Origin: Eledone cirrhosa
Taxonomy: Eukaryota
Direction of reading: 5' to 3'
Assembly (NCBI GenBank): GCA_964016885.1
Contig: OZ024741.1
Location: 236,344,001 to 236,408,000 of the forward strand
Length of the DNA stretch: 64,000 nt
Position numbers and translations under genes: made by a program. Positions 12,375 to 24,619 of the stretch are shown here, in pieces; positions within the stretch are counted from its first letter, which is position 1; the number at the start of each line of letters is the position of its first letter. The notes under the pieces were generated by a model. That model saw only the letters and a list, made by a program, of their open reading frames with translations, had not been told where the DNA came from and ran no database searches.

Positions 12375-12560
12375 GGATTGGCAGTATCGGTAAAGGGTCG
12401 GACGCCATGCTTTGACGTATAGAGTTACGGCCCTTGGCATTCTGAGTTCAAATCCCGCCGAGGTTAACTTTGCCTTTCATCCTTACGAGGTCGATAAAAT
12501 AAAGTACCAGTAATGCACTGGGTAATTGCTGGCCTTGTGCCAAACGTAGAAACAATTAAT
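12375..12560 (+). mobile_element. tRNA-derived SINE family B (~190 bp)
   Basis: TGGCAGTATCGG (A box), GAGTTCAAATCCC (B box), central ACTTTGCCTTTCATCCTTACGAGGTCGATAAAATAAAGTACCAG, ATT tail. About 20 copies or fragments in the window. Confidence 0.9.
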
Positions 12561-13098
12561 GTATAGATATTTTAAATTCCTTACACATGTTTCAAGAAAG
12601 CTGTATGTCCCATTATTAGAATAATAGGTGAAAATTTGTATACTCAATATCTATACATATGCAATTATATATACGTATATTTAATAAAATAAAAACGTTA
12701 AATAGAAGTAGAATGTGTAAGAAATTCAATTCGTACCTTAGACAGGATGGAGGATCTTACAAGTCGATCAATTGGAATGGTGTGTGCGTAAAATATTGAA
12801 ACACGTGTAAAGAATTAAAAAGGATTTTAAAATTAACATTTTAATCTATATGTTTGATAATTTAACAAAAAAACAAAAAAAAACCTATCATCGGTGAGAT
12901 TTACTCACTCGGTGCAGAGTTAAGAATAAGCTAAGTTTATATGCCTTTCCAGTAGCTCATTTGCATATAATGCCGAGAGAGTAAATGTCACCGATAACAG
13001 ATAAAAATCTGGAAACACATGTCTGGCCTTCTCACTTGCTACTTAGTTAGATGTGATCTGATCACAGTTTAAAGCATTTATGGTAAGATTCTATTATT

Positions 13099-13281
13099 GG
13101 ATTGGCAGTTTCGGTAGAGAGTCGGACACCATGCTTTGAAGCATAATTACGGCCCTTTATGAATCTGAGTTCAAATCCCGTCGAGGTTAACTTTGCCTTT
13201 CATCCGTACGGGGTCGATAAAATAAAGTACCAGTAATGTACTGAGTAATTGTTGGCCTTGTGCCAAAAGTAGAAACAATTA
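13099..13281 (+). mobile_element. SINE family B
   Basis: Homologous to 12375-12560. Confidence 0.9.
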
Positions 13282-13407
13282 TACATAAGCATATTGTATA
13301 TGCTTTCATATATACTCCTATTATGAACCATGGCTATGTTAGTGGTACTGTTAATGCTGATGCCTATCTTTTTCCGTTCAATGGGTTTATACGCTCCGTT
13401 ATTATTT

Positions 13408-13593
13408 GAATTGGCAGTATCGGTAGAGGGTCGGACGCCATGCTTTGACGCATAGAGTTACGGCCCTTGCCATTCTGAGTTCAAATCCCGCCGAGGTTAA
13501 CTTTGCCTATCATCCTTACGGGGTCGATAAAATAAAGTACCAGTAATACACTGGGAAATTGCTGGCCTTGTGCCAAAAGTAGAAACAATTATT
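13408..13593 (+). mobile_element. SINE family B
   Basis: Homologous to 12375-12560. Confidence 0.9.
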
Positions 13594-13945
13594 TAGTCAA
13601 AGTTACGGTGAGGCATTCTAATTTAATATGTGTGTGTGTGTGGGGGGGGGGGGGGGTCAATGGCGACTGCTATTTAATATCCTGTGGTGACGCAGGGCAT
13701 AAATACTAAAACAGGTAGAAGTTTATTTTTGTGGTTCTGCTCGCTCAAAAATATTCACAATTACATAATGATTTTACAACACCAAGTGGTTTTAACAGTC
13801 AAGGTTTATACACACCTGAAGAACTCTTGTCCTAAGGAGTCGAACTCTATCATTGCATAATCATTATGTAACTGAACAGTTTTGAGCCGAACCCCATGTG
13901 AAACACGTGTAACGAAAATAAATATGTTAAACTAATCTCTCCTAC

Positions 13946-13982
<37 letters not shown>

Positions 13983-14319
13983 GTACACACATACACATAC
14001 ATAGTGCTAGGTCAACAATGATAAAGAAACAGAGGATAATTACAAAACAGTTTACGCTTGAATGAAGTAGAAAAAGAAGCATCTTCTCAGGGGCGGTGGA
14101 AGCATTTCTGAATGAGGGGGGGGGGGAGGCAAATTTGGTCAATTTAGTTGTAGTGATTAGTTCAGCTCTTGGCACTATAAAATGGTCAGAAAACTTCGAT
14201 ATCCGAAAAACATTACATGCACGTAAATTGTAGCGCATCCAAATAGATGTGTATATAATTTTTTTTTAAATATGCTCTGTACTCTTTCCTCAGGTGTTAA
14301 TATATCGAGTTTCTTCGCA

Positions 14320-14625
14320 TTTGGTACTTCCATCTCCACCACTTCTGTTCACTTCTTAGATATCTCAGTCGCCATTGACCCCTCCCACCTCTCACTCATC
14401 ACCTCCGCCTTCTTTAAACCGACCGACTCCCACTCCTACCTCGACTTTACCTCCTCCCACCCCATCCACACCAAACACTCCATTCCCTACTCCCAACGTC
14501 CCCGAATCTTCCGCCTTTGCAGCCGAAATGACGACTTTGAAACCCAGGCCCTTTATCTAGTTCGCCATTTCAGTCGGAGAGGTTACCCTCCTTCCATTGT
14601 CTACGCCGCCCTCACCCGCGCCTGC
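14320..14625 (+). mobile_element. Penelope-like RT thumb fragment (Neptune/Poseidon-type)
   Basis: VHFLDI..FKPTDSHSYLDFTSSHPIHTKHSIPYSQ..RLCS..DF..F.RRGYP. Confidence 0.88.
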
Positions 14626-14682
14626 GGTGAAACTTTTGGCTAACAAAGCTCACCAATAGCCATAATAAATAAATGGGTATAT

Positions 14683-14713
<31 letters not shown>

Positions 14714-14768
14714 CACACATTAATTTATTATGGCTATTGGTGAGCCTTGTTACTCAAATGTTTCACCT
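14626..14768. repeat. Inverted repeat (~55-bp arms) around a CA/TA microsatellite, abutting the PLE fragment
   Basis: GGTGAAAC..TAACAAAGCTCACCAATAGCCATAATAAAT vs ATTTATTATGGCTATTGGTGAGCCTTGTTA..GTTTCACC. Confidence 0.8.
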
Positions 14769-15164
14769 GCGCACTCACAAGATCTGCGCACTCACCAGTG
14801 TTGTATGATGATCCACCAAACTCTTCTCTAGGTCTATCACACAAAACTCTCTTTTAATCCACCTCTCTGTATCTACTAAAACCAAACTCTCCCCCTCTCT
14901 ATATCTACCACGACACCACCTCTCTTATCCCCCTCTCTATATCAAACACTAATACACTCACCCCTCTCTGTAGAAATCTTTCTCTCAATTTATTTATCCT
15001 TCTTTTGCTGTCTTTTACTGGTTATATTCATTGCAGAACAATCGGAAAGGGATTTAATGTTTTTTTTTTGGGGGGGGGGGGGGGGTGTTTTCAAAATTAG
15101 TACTTATTTAGTTGAACCGCTACGTTACGGGAAATAAACAAACATAGGAAGGCAATATTCTTAC

Positions 15165-15213
<49 letters not shown>

Positions 15214-15358
15214 TGCAGCCAAATCACACAGAAGAGACAGGGATTTAAAAAAAATATATACTCCTTTTCGGAGAACATCTTACGATACAAATTGTAGACC
15301 TATCTTTCTATCTATCTGTCTGTCTGTCTATCTATCTAGCAATCTATCTGTCTATGTC

Positions 15359-15470
15359 TAATTTTTAAATTGCATTTGTGATAATATTTTACACGTTTTT
15401 ATTGTATGTAAACTTCCCCCTTTGTATTTGTCCCCTTCTTTTGTGCCCCTGTGGCTAATAAAGAAACAAA
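15359..15470 (+). mobile_element. Tx1/L1 3' UTR stub in TCTA repeats
   Basis: Near-identical reverse complement of 15797-15905. AATAAA followed by TCTA repeats. Confidence 0.88.
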
Positions 15471-15796
15471 TCTATCTGTCTATGTTTATATGTCTATCTA
15501 CCTACCTCTCTATCAATCTATCTATCTATTAATCAATTAATCTACCTACCTATCTATCTACCTACATATCTGAATATCTATCTACCTACAAGTATATTTA
15601 TATATCTACCTATCTACCTACATATCTATCTGTGTGTCTACCTGTATGTCTGACTAATTTTATAGTTATCCACTTATATATATTTACCAATGTATCTATC
15701 TTCAGACAAGGTCATCAATAACAGCATCAAAGCCGAAATCCCAATAGCAGTCTGAACATAGATAGACAGACAGATAGATAGATAGATAGATAGATA

Positions 15797-17120
15797 TGTT
15801 TCTTTATTAGCCACAGGGGCACAAAAGAAGGGGACAAATACAAAGGGGGAAGTTTACATACAATAAAAACGTGTAAAATACTATCACAAATGCAATTTAA
15901 AAATTAATCGATTTTCCCCAATAGGGGGAGACATTTCATATGGGTAACACATACCCCCGAAAAAATGTGCAACCCTCATCTCCAGAAGTACGATGAGTTT
16001 GTACCACTTGCCTCTTTTTCCTCAACCTACAGGCTGATATAGAGAGAAGGCCCATTCACTCGGGACATTCTCGCCACTTTCACCCACCTTTCATAAAACT
16101 TGCTGGGGTACAGCACCTCTCTCTCCCTCCTGATTCTTCTTCCAAAGTGGTATTTGAAAAAAAGAATCAGTTGTTGGCCGGAGAGAAAGGTGTCTGACCT
16201 CAGCCCTTTTAACCTCGTCCACCATACAATCTCTTTCGCCATAGCTATTACAAAGGAAAACCGCCTCTCCTTCGTTTTTGAAGGAGAGTGGCGGTTTGAT
16301 CATGACAATGGACTCGGTGGTCAACCGGATTGGTCCCACCCGCGACAATAGTCGTTCTATATAGCCCCACAGGTCGGTAACGACCGGGAAGTGTATGAAT
16401 GCCTGCGCGACGGTTTCTTCGTCTCGCACGCATCTCGGACAGATCTTTTTCAAAGGGTCCCTGTCCGGGTGCCCGTGTCTGTAGAGCTTGTCTCAAACTG
16501 GTAGAGATCCTCGGTAGCACTGCCAGGCCAGGGACTTTTGGAAGCTGTCCATCGGTCTCGGGCGGAAGGTCCTACCGAACAGACTGGCCAGTTCGTCTTC
16601 CTCTACGCCTAGAGTTTCTCCGAGCGCGTCGTCGCACTTGCTGCGGACCAACCTTCTGTAGAATGATGAAGTGGAGTCTCCACTGATCGCCGGGTCCGCC
16701 TGCCAGAGGGTTGTGAGTGCCTGAGCACATTCGATGTGCCAGTCGCCCATTTTCCTCGGTCTTTGCTTGACCCAGGACTGCAGCTCGGTCAGCGAGACGA
16801 GTCGTGGGAAGGCTCGCTTCATGAACAGGGCCCACACCGGTTGTCTGGTGAGGAATACGTGGAGGTCCCGCAGCCTGAGCGCGTGTTTGCGCATCGTCAG
16901 CCACGGCATCCTCAGCCCTCCGTTGGAAGGGTATTGGCAGCAGATGGATCTTCTCACCAAAAGAGCCTGCTTCTTCCAAAGGAATTGGAAGAGCGCGCGC
17001 TCCATTTTGGTGAGCGTTTTGGCTGGACAAGGCACGACGGTCAAGCGGTAGTAGATGACGAACGTTATAAAAGTGTTCGCCACCTCCGCTCGACCTTTCA
17101 AGGATAGTTTGCACTCGGCA
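15797..17120 (-). mobile_element. 5'-truncated Tx1/L1-clade LINE (ORF2 C-terminus and 3'UTR)
   Basis: KLSLKGRAEV..SNGGLRMP..LAWQCYRGSLPV..CPRC..EETVAQAFIH (CCHC knuckle remnant). AATAAA and (TCTA)n tail. Confidence 0.92.
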
Positions 17121-17121
17121 T

Positions 17122-17182
<61 letters not shown>

Positions 17183-17183
<1 letters not shown>

Positions 17184-19548
17184 TTCTTTATTAGCCACAA
17201 GGGCGCACAAGAAAAGGGGACAATACAAAGACATGCCGGGGATTTTACATACAGTCATGTAAAAAATATAAAAACAAACAATTACAAGAATCGAAATCCC
17301 CAATAGGGTGGAGGCGCCTTGCCACAGGGACGTACAAAAATGGGACTCGGCTGACAACTGGATGCGTCCCACACGTGATAGCAGCTGTTCGACATAATTC
17401 CACAAGTCGGTCACCAATTGCGTGCAGAACGGTTTCAATGTCCTGCTCGTATCTTGGACAGGTCCTTTTGGCAGGATATCTGCCAGGGCGTTCGTGCCTG
17501 TAGATTTTGTCTCGAACTGGTAGAGCTCCTCGGTAGCACTGCCAGGCCAGAGACCTCTGGAAGTTATCCATAGGCTCTGGATGGAAAGTCCTCCTGAACA
17601 GACTGGTCAGTTCGTCCTCCTCGATGCCTAGAGTTTCCCCGAGAACGTAGTCGCACTTATCCTCCACTAATCCCCTATAGAATGTCGAAGTGGAGTCTCC
17701 ACTGATTGCCGTTTCCGCTTGATAGAAAACTGTGAGCGCTTGAAGGCACTCGGGGTGCCAGGCACCTATTTTCGGTCTTCGCTTGACCCAGGACTGCAGC
17801 TCTGTTAGTGAGACGAGTTATGGAAGAGCTTGTCTCACAAACGTCAGCCACACCGGTTCACCGGTCAGGAATACCTGGCGATGGCGTAGCCTCAGTGCGT
17901 GTTTGCGCATCATCAGCTACGGCATGCCCAGCCCTCCGCTAGAAGGATGTTGACAGCAGATGGATCTCCTCACCAATGGAGTCTGTTTCTTCCAGCGGAA
18001 CTTGAAGAGTAGGCGTTCCATTTTGGTGAGGTATTCGCGGGGACAAGGCACGACTGTCAAGCGATAGTAGATGACGGACGCTATGTAAGTGTTCGCCACC
18101 TCTGCTTACCTTTCAAGGAAAGTTTGCACTCAGCCCACTTCTGGGTGAGTGCAAACACCTTCGCCGTGACCTCGTTCCAGTTCTTGTCCACTTGGAGGTC
18201 TGGACCAAACCAGACCCCGAGCAATTTCACCGGTCCTTCCATCCAGCGTTCAACGACACTGTCGGAAGGCATGGGTTTGCCTCTCCATGTGCCGAGTTGC
18301 AAACCGACAGACTTGTTTGGGTTTAGTCTTGCTCCTGTCAACGTTTCGTATTCCTGTAATAGGTTGCCGATTACCCCGATGTCCGAGGTTTTCAATACTA
18401 TTACGGTTACGTTGTTGGCATAGTCCGACGCTGTTTTCCGCAGTCCTGGTTTGATCGGGATGCCCTGCAACAGCTCCAACTTCCGCAGTAATGGCTCGAG
18501 AGCCAGTACATACAGAATGGAGGAGAGAGGACATCCCTGACGGATGGAACGCATGATTTGGAGTGGCTCCGATAGGTAGCCATTCACCTTGACTGCCGAA
18601 CAGATGCTGGTGTGCATGGCAGCGATCGAGCTTCTGAAGACGGGACCGAAGCCGGCCGCCTTGAGAACCGCTTCCAAGTTTTGATGGTCGACCCTATCAA
18701 ATGCCTTAGACTGATCTAAATTGATTAGAGCCCCACCGAAGCCAGGTTTACACCCCACCCTCTCTATGATGTATCGCATGAGGTGGAGGTTGTCGTGTAT
18801 GGACCTGGTCGGGATTGCACACGTTTGCACTTTCCCTACCAGGTTCTCGACGACAAGCGCCAGCCTCGTTGCTAACACCTTGGCCAAAATCTTTAACTCT
18901 GTGTTGAGCAGAGTTATGGGCCTGAAATTGCTTATCTCATCCCCCTTGTTCTCATCTTTCCTGATCAGCGTTACTACGCCTCTGCCTACAGAACTGGGAA
19001 TTGTCCCGTTCTGTTGCCAGTTGCAATAGACCGCTTCGAGAACGCCAGAGAACAAGTCTGGCATGCCTATGTAAAACTCATAGGGTAGACCATCTAAACC
19101 GGGTGATTTGCGTTTCCCGCAGCGGCCTAGGGCATCTTCTATTTCGCCCGTTGTGATCGGCCTTTCGCAGCTCTCTGCATCCGTGCTCGAGAGTCGTGGT
19201 ACGCCGTCGAGGTAGTCCATCACCTCGCTCGACGTACCGCTTTACCCGAACAGTTGTGCAAAATGCTGCTGAAAGGCCGTGCACATCTGCTTGGATTCAA
19301 GTAGAATGCGTCCATCTTTGTCTTGCAAAGACCGAATTGTGGATTTGTTGCCACTTTTCGCCTCTGCCACTCGGGCCCAGCTAACAGCTTTGGCTCCCTC
19401 GTTTCTTAGAGTACGTGTTCTACTTCTGACAATACAACCTTCGTGTTTCACGTTGAAGAACTGGTCTTCTGCCGTTCTCGCCGCTAGCACGTCAGCTGTA
19501 CTGCCATTCCTAAGTGCCTCTTCTACTTTAGTTACCAGTTCCTTTTCA
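17183..19548 (-). mobile_element. 5'-truncated Tx1/L1-clade LINE with RT domain (ORF 18081-19223)
   Basis: KSPGLDGLPYEFY, NFRPITLLNTELKILAK, LDQSKAFDRVDH, RQGCPLS, YANN (mutated YADD). Frameshifts and an internal deletion near 17345. TCTA repeats on both flanks. Confidence 0.95.
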
Positions 19549-19865
19549 ATAGATAGACAGATAGACATAGATTGATTGATAGGTAAACAGTCAAACAGAC
19601 AGATAGATCGAGAGCTAGCTAGCTAGATAGATAAGTAGAACAAGGTCATCTTCATTAGATGGATAAATGTTTAATAATGATTAGAGAAAATGTAGAAGAA
19701 AACTATTGTAGTTGATTAAAAGGCATGCCTGTGCTTGAAGCTTTTTTAAGTGAGGAAAGGCTTTGCACAGGGCCAATTCCACTCTCTGAACACACACACA
19801 CACACACACACACATACATACATACATACATACATACATACATACATACATACATACATACATAC

Positions 19866-20478
19866 ATGGTGGTGGCTGCCAACTCGTTTTCGAGTACGGC
19901 CACTACTTTATAGCCATGTAGAAGAACCCCTACCGATGCGCTGAACGAGTGTGACTTTTTAGTCCAGCCAGTGACTTGAAAACTCTGGTACAAACACTAC
20001 ACTTGTGACAATTATTGACACATAGTGCTGTGCCCATGGTACCATGTGATGACAAGTGCAGAGAGATCTCCAGATATAAAGCAATGCCTGTGCCGTTAAG
20101 CTTTTATAGTGAGCAAAGACACTGCACAAAGCCAGTCCCACTCTCTTAACCAAGATGATATTTACCAAAAAGAAGAACAAGTCAACATCATTGGATACCA
20201 TCAGGGTTGCAGGTGTTATATCAGAGTTTTCCTTCTCCTAGAATTCTGCCTTGACAAAGGCTAAGGGGTCATCTCTCCCGGTGATTTTGGATGGCCATTG
20301 ACTCTTAAGAGCTCCTTTGCCCTTTGACAGGTTTTGTTTTTAGTCCTGCATGATGTCAAAAGTCACCCTCCTCACCAAGAAACCTTGGTGGGGTTCCCAG
20401 TTTAGTCGCCAACGACCCGACCATGGGACAGATTGTACTGGGATACATGTTACCAGTAGCACCAACTGGTGACCTGAC
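19866..20478 (-). mobile_element. ~610-bp RTE-derived non-autonomous retroelement in (ATGT)n
   Basis: Minus strand has TCTAGGAGAAGGAAAACTCTGA (RTE 5'UTR-like). Homologous to 37254-37860. (CATA)n on both flanks. Confidence 0.72.
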
Positions 20479-20515
20479 ATACATACATACATACATACAT
20501 ACATACATACATACA

Positions 20516-20546
<31 letters not shown>

Positions 20547-20752
20547 GCTATCGATTAATCTTCATATCGATATATTTTAATTTCGCCCTCTGAAACGATC
20601 GTATGACAATCAATTAATTAACTAGTTAACCACGTCTTATTTTTTATTTTTTTCAACACACACACACATTTTCGAAGACGAATGGAAGAGAACCACGATT
20701 AACTGAGGTACTGAATACATTAGTAGACAAGGTACATATTTATTGTATATAA

Positions 20753-20829
20753 AAATGACTCCTATAGGACTAGAACTGTTTCATTAGCTTGAAATACATG
20801 AAACAGTTCTAGTCCTATAAGAGTGATTT
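20753..20829. repeat. Hairpin of two hammerhead 3' halves (family of 11910-11956)
   Basis: Arms 20753-20784 / 20798-20829 read ATGAAACAGTTCTAGTCCTATA on both strands. Confidence 0.85.
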
Positions 20830-21416
20830 CATAACGTCTTAGATGTGTATAGAATTATAAATAGAAATTGAATATGAAGAATCTAGAATGTTTTATAAAA
20901 TAACTAATCTCTACTGTGGACACTTCGCATTTATTAGGTCCCGGATTCGATCCCACAGCGTGGCATATTGGGAGAGTGTCCTTTCATATAGCCTCGAGTC
21001 GACCGATGCCTGGTGAGTGAAATTGGGTAAACTGAAACTGTTTGGATACCTGTCGGATGGACTGTACCTGTAATTCAAAGGACCGCTCTTCTCCTTCACA
21101 AACTATGTCACGCTGGATCATCCTAAGAATTACGTTGAAGGCACGCGTGTCTACGGAATGCCCAAGACACGCCATATGTCACAACTGCACCCTTTCGACT
21201 CCACCAGGACTTACGGGTCCTGAGAGAAACAGAATAAACAGTACTAAATATTTTTCTGGTAACTTTTATTTCAGATTTATCTAAACTGTATATAAAAGTT
21301 TTCCTCTTACACTGTGGAGAATTTTAAACGTCTTTGAATGAAGCAAACATATATTTCTCAAGGATGACAGTTGGAGCAGAAAAAAAATTATTCAACAAAT
21401 TTCAATTAAGTTATAT

Positions 21417-21551
21417 AATGGTTTCTGATTTAGGCACAAGGCTAACAATTTTGGGGAGGGGAAAAGTCAATTATATCGACCCCAGTGCATTACTGGTACT
21501 TTATTTTATCGACCCCGTAAGGATGAAAGACACAGCTAACCTCGGCGGGAT
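21417..21551 (-). mobile_element. SINE family B, long variant, partial
   Basis: Reverse complement of the SINE B central domain and tail. Confidence 0.8.
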
Positions 21552-21624
21552 TATATAATGTTTGCAATAAAAAACATAATGGATAAAGAAAGTAAGAGGA
21601 AGTGGGGAGGTTGCGGCAAACTCT

Positions 21625-22038
21625 ACATCCCCGTCTAGGAAGTATATCTCAGCTGCGCTTCGCGAACAAGATGGTGAAAGCATTGCTGTACAAAACAACC
21701 AGTACTATCTGCTGCATCAGCCACTCCCCCTCATTAGGCTTCTTCCTCAAGCTGGATGCACTGGGGACCGTGGGCATTTGAGGTCTCGATGGCGATCGGC
21801 ACGAAAAAGAATCAGTCAGTAACTTCCACTCTTCTGCGTTGCGGGTGACAGTGTCCGGGTTTGTGGTTGAAGCGGAGAACGTGTTACTGCACGTGACATC
21901 CTAAGTTAGAAAAGGGTTAATCCGTCCAGGCACTTGCTGTTACCACGGTCGAGGGCGACAGGCTTCAGTTGTGATGGAATACCTGCGACGTCAAGGCTCC
22001 TCTGATGGAGTCGTTCATTGCAGCATGCCGAGGAAACT
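21625..22038 (-). mobile_element. Degenerate CRE-clade LINE RLE fragment
   Basis: Minus: PRHAAMND..AGIPSQLKPVALDRGNSKCLDG..DVTCSNTF. Homologous to the 38.3-38.8 kb element. Confidence 0.78.
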
Positions 22039-22142
22039 GATTTGTGATCTTGTATTACCATTGAAAGAAACAGCCACAGAACTCCATTTTGTTTTTGGAA
22101 ACACTAACTCCTTGTGATTTAACTCTTAACATTCTGTAATGT

Positions 22143-22285
22143 GAAGGCGCATGGCTTAGTGGTTAGAACGTCGGGCTTACAATACTGAGGTTGAGAGTTC
22201 GATTCTCGGACCAGGCTTTGCGTTGTGTTCTTGAATAAAACACTTTATTTCACGTTGCTTCAGTTTACACAGCTGTAGAAATGAA
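22143..22285 (+). mobile_element. CORE-type SINE 5' part
   Basis: A and B boxes, then TGTTCTTGAATAAAACACTTTATTTCACGTTGC. Confidence 0.8.
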
Positions 22286-23380
22286 TTTACCCACCTATCG
22301 GTTAAATAGCCTCACCAACCCACAATTGGCCAAGTGTGGTGAGTACGACTACACCCTTGACATGACCAAAACCCAAAACACAAAACGGTGGAGGTCAATC
22401 AGGAAAGGATTCCTCCGGTAGGAGTAAAAGGCCCTGGATTGAAGTCTGTAATGATTTGGCAGAAAATATCTAAAAGCAAAGTTTATTGATTCAAAATGTT
22501 ATAGTATCTCTATCAATAGACAGATCGTTGTAACATCGGCAGCATTAAAGTAACGCCTTTAATTCTTAATGTAACGCTCTCGTAATGTGGTTTTGTACAT
22601 TTCAAGATTGTCTTGCTAATGCGGTTTCGTGTGTTACAGGACGTTAAAAGTTAAACGGTCCTAAATTGGACACAGCATAACATGCTGCACATCCAGTTTT
22701 TCAGGAATCAACCACAAGCTATGAGTAAGCCTATTTCATTTCTTCACACATCGCAACCGTCTAATATTTCAGGCCACGTAAACTTAGTTGTATGTTGTCC
22801 TAGCAACGTCACTTCACAGGGATATGATGTAGCAATACATGAAATAGCAGCTTGTGGAATTAAGTTTCCACACTTGACATCTCTTGTAGAATCACTTGCA
22901 TAAGTTGCATTTTCTTCTTTCTTCAATTACTATATATTTTTTCCTTGTAAAAATGGTTGTATGGAGAAGTGTTTACGTCTTTCGTTATTTTTTGAAGCAA
23001 TAAAGTTTGATTAAAAAAGATTTGTTTTCCACTGTTACCGTGTGGGGTGGTACGAGAGTGAATGAGACTGGATGTTATCCACTCATGCGTGTGTGCGCCT
23101 GTGTTGGATTTTACTCATATATAGACAAACGGCATGTATGTGTGTGTGTTTGTGTATATCTATCTTCATAGACAGATATATCATCATCGCCATGTTCCCG
23201 CAACTGATGCAGCCAGGCGTTGGGGTGTCACTCTAGACCAGTGGTTCTTAACCTTTTTCTATCGTGACACCCCTTGAGGTTTTAAAATTCCATCCCACAC
23301 CCATAGGCTTAGCGCATTAAACAAAAGAATTTGAATTATCAGGTTAAATTATCAGCTACCTAGCTGCTACTATTTAATTA

Positions 23381-23754
23381 CCGTATTTCCCGGCATCGAA
23401 GACGCTACTTTTTTTCTCAAAATAAGTCTCAAAAATCTACCCTGCGTCCTGGAGGCCGAAGGTTGTTTATTATTTCTTTAAAATTTAAAGGGCGGTGGAT
23501 TGGCAGTATCGGTAGAGTGTCGGACGCCATGCTTTCTAGCATAGTTACGTCCCTTTACGATCTGAGTTCAAATCCCGCCGAGGTTGACTTTGCCTTTCAT
23601 CCTTACGGGGTCGATAAAATAAAGTACCAGTAATGAACTGGGTAATTGCTGGCCTTGTGCCTAAAGTAGAAACAATTATTTCTTTAAAATTTTTGGTTGT
23701 TAAAATTTGGGTGCGTCCTCGACGACGAATCGTCTTCGGCGTCGGGAAATACGG
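23381..23754. mobile_element. Tc1/pogo-like MITE
   Basis: TA TSD. TIRs CCGTATTTCCCGGCATCGAAGACG / CGTCTTCGGCGTCGGGAAATACGG. Confidence 0.85.
23488..23680 (+). mobile_element. SINE family B with ~18-bp TSD
   Basis: Full head (GGGCGGTGGATTGGC). ATTATTTCTTTAAAATTT is duplicated on both flanks. Confidence 0.92.
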
Positions 23755-23767
23755 TAATTAACTACTA

Positions 23768-24619
23768 TCTATCTATATGTATATAACATTCTTTGTCTCT
23801 CTGTCTGTCTGTCTTTTCCTTATGCATTCTCAAACAACTCGACCAAATCAAATCAAATTTTACAAGGTAATAGTATTAGACTCCGAGATTAACAACATGC
23901 AATTTTCATTTTCATTTGGGTTAAAACAATATAACATTTTATCTGAAATATTCTTCTATAGAGAACTAAGTAAACGATATTTTATAACACGACGACGACG
24001 TCACATTTTGTATATGAGTGTGTGTGTGTGTGTCTGTGTGTGTGTGTGTGTGTCTGTGTGTGTGTGTGTGTGTTTGCACGTTTGTTACATGTTACATGCG
24101 TTAGGCGTTAGTAAGTTACATACGCATACATCTTCACGTAAATATTTAATCAGATACACAGAGAATTAAACACACACACACACATCTACACATACATATA
24201 TATGTGTGTAAGTGAATGTGAGTTTGAATTTGAAAGCTTCAGTTACCAGTCAAACTAAGTTTTGTTATTTCAATTAACAAATCTCAGGGTCAATCCCTCA
24301 AGGTAGTTGGACTTGATCTCTTTACTACATGTTTCTCCCGGAGTCAACTCTATGTTGGTTGTTCATGAGTTGGAAGCAGCAACAATTTATCCATTTGGAC
24401 ACCAACAAAAATTACACAATGAATATTGTTTACCCTGAGGTGCTTCAAGATTGACAGATTTTCATTTTTAAATTCGATTATCATTACAATTTTTATATTT
24501 AAAAATAATAAAATGAAGATATTTTGAAATAATTATGAGAAAAAAGATTTCCATATTTATTGTTTACTAATCTGAATAAGAACATCAGTAACCCGGGCAA
24601 CGCTGGGTCATTCAGCTAG
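23768..24619 (+). mobile_element. Non-autonomous Helitron
   Basis: A|TCTATCTATA..(GTCT)n start; hairpin CCCGGGCAACGCTGGG; CTAG|T end. Confidence 0.82.

Noticed and set aside
13812-13915. CTGAAGA...GAAA-C-ACGT-G-TA hammerhead-like motif
   Set aside because: No stem I complementarity and no closing stem II.
16493-17200. 235-aa ORF spanning 17200-16493 as a gene
   Set aside because: It is a chance read-through from one Tx1 3'UTR across the (TCTA)n tract into the next truncated copy.
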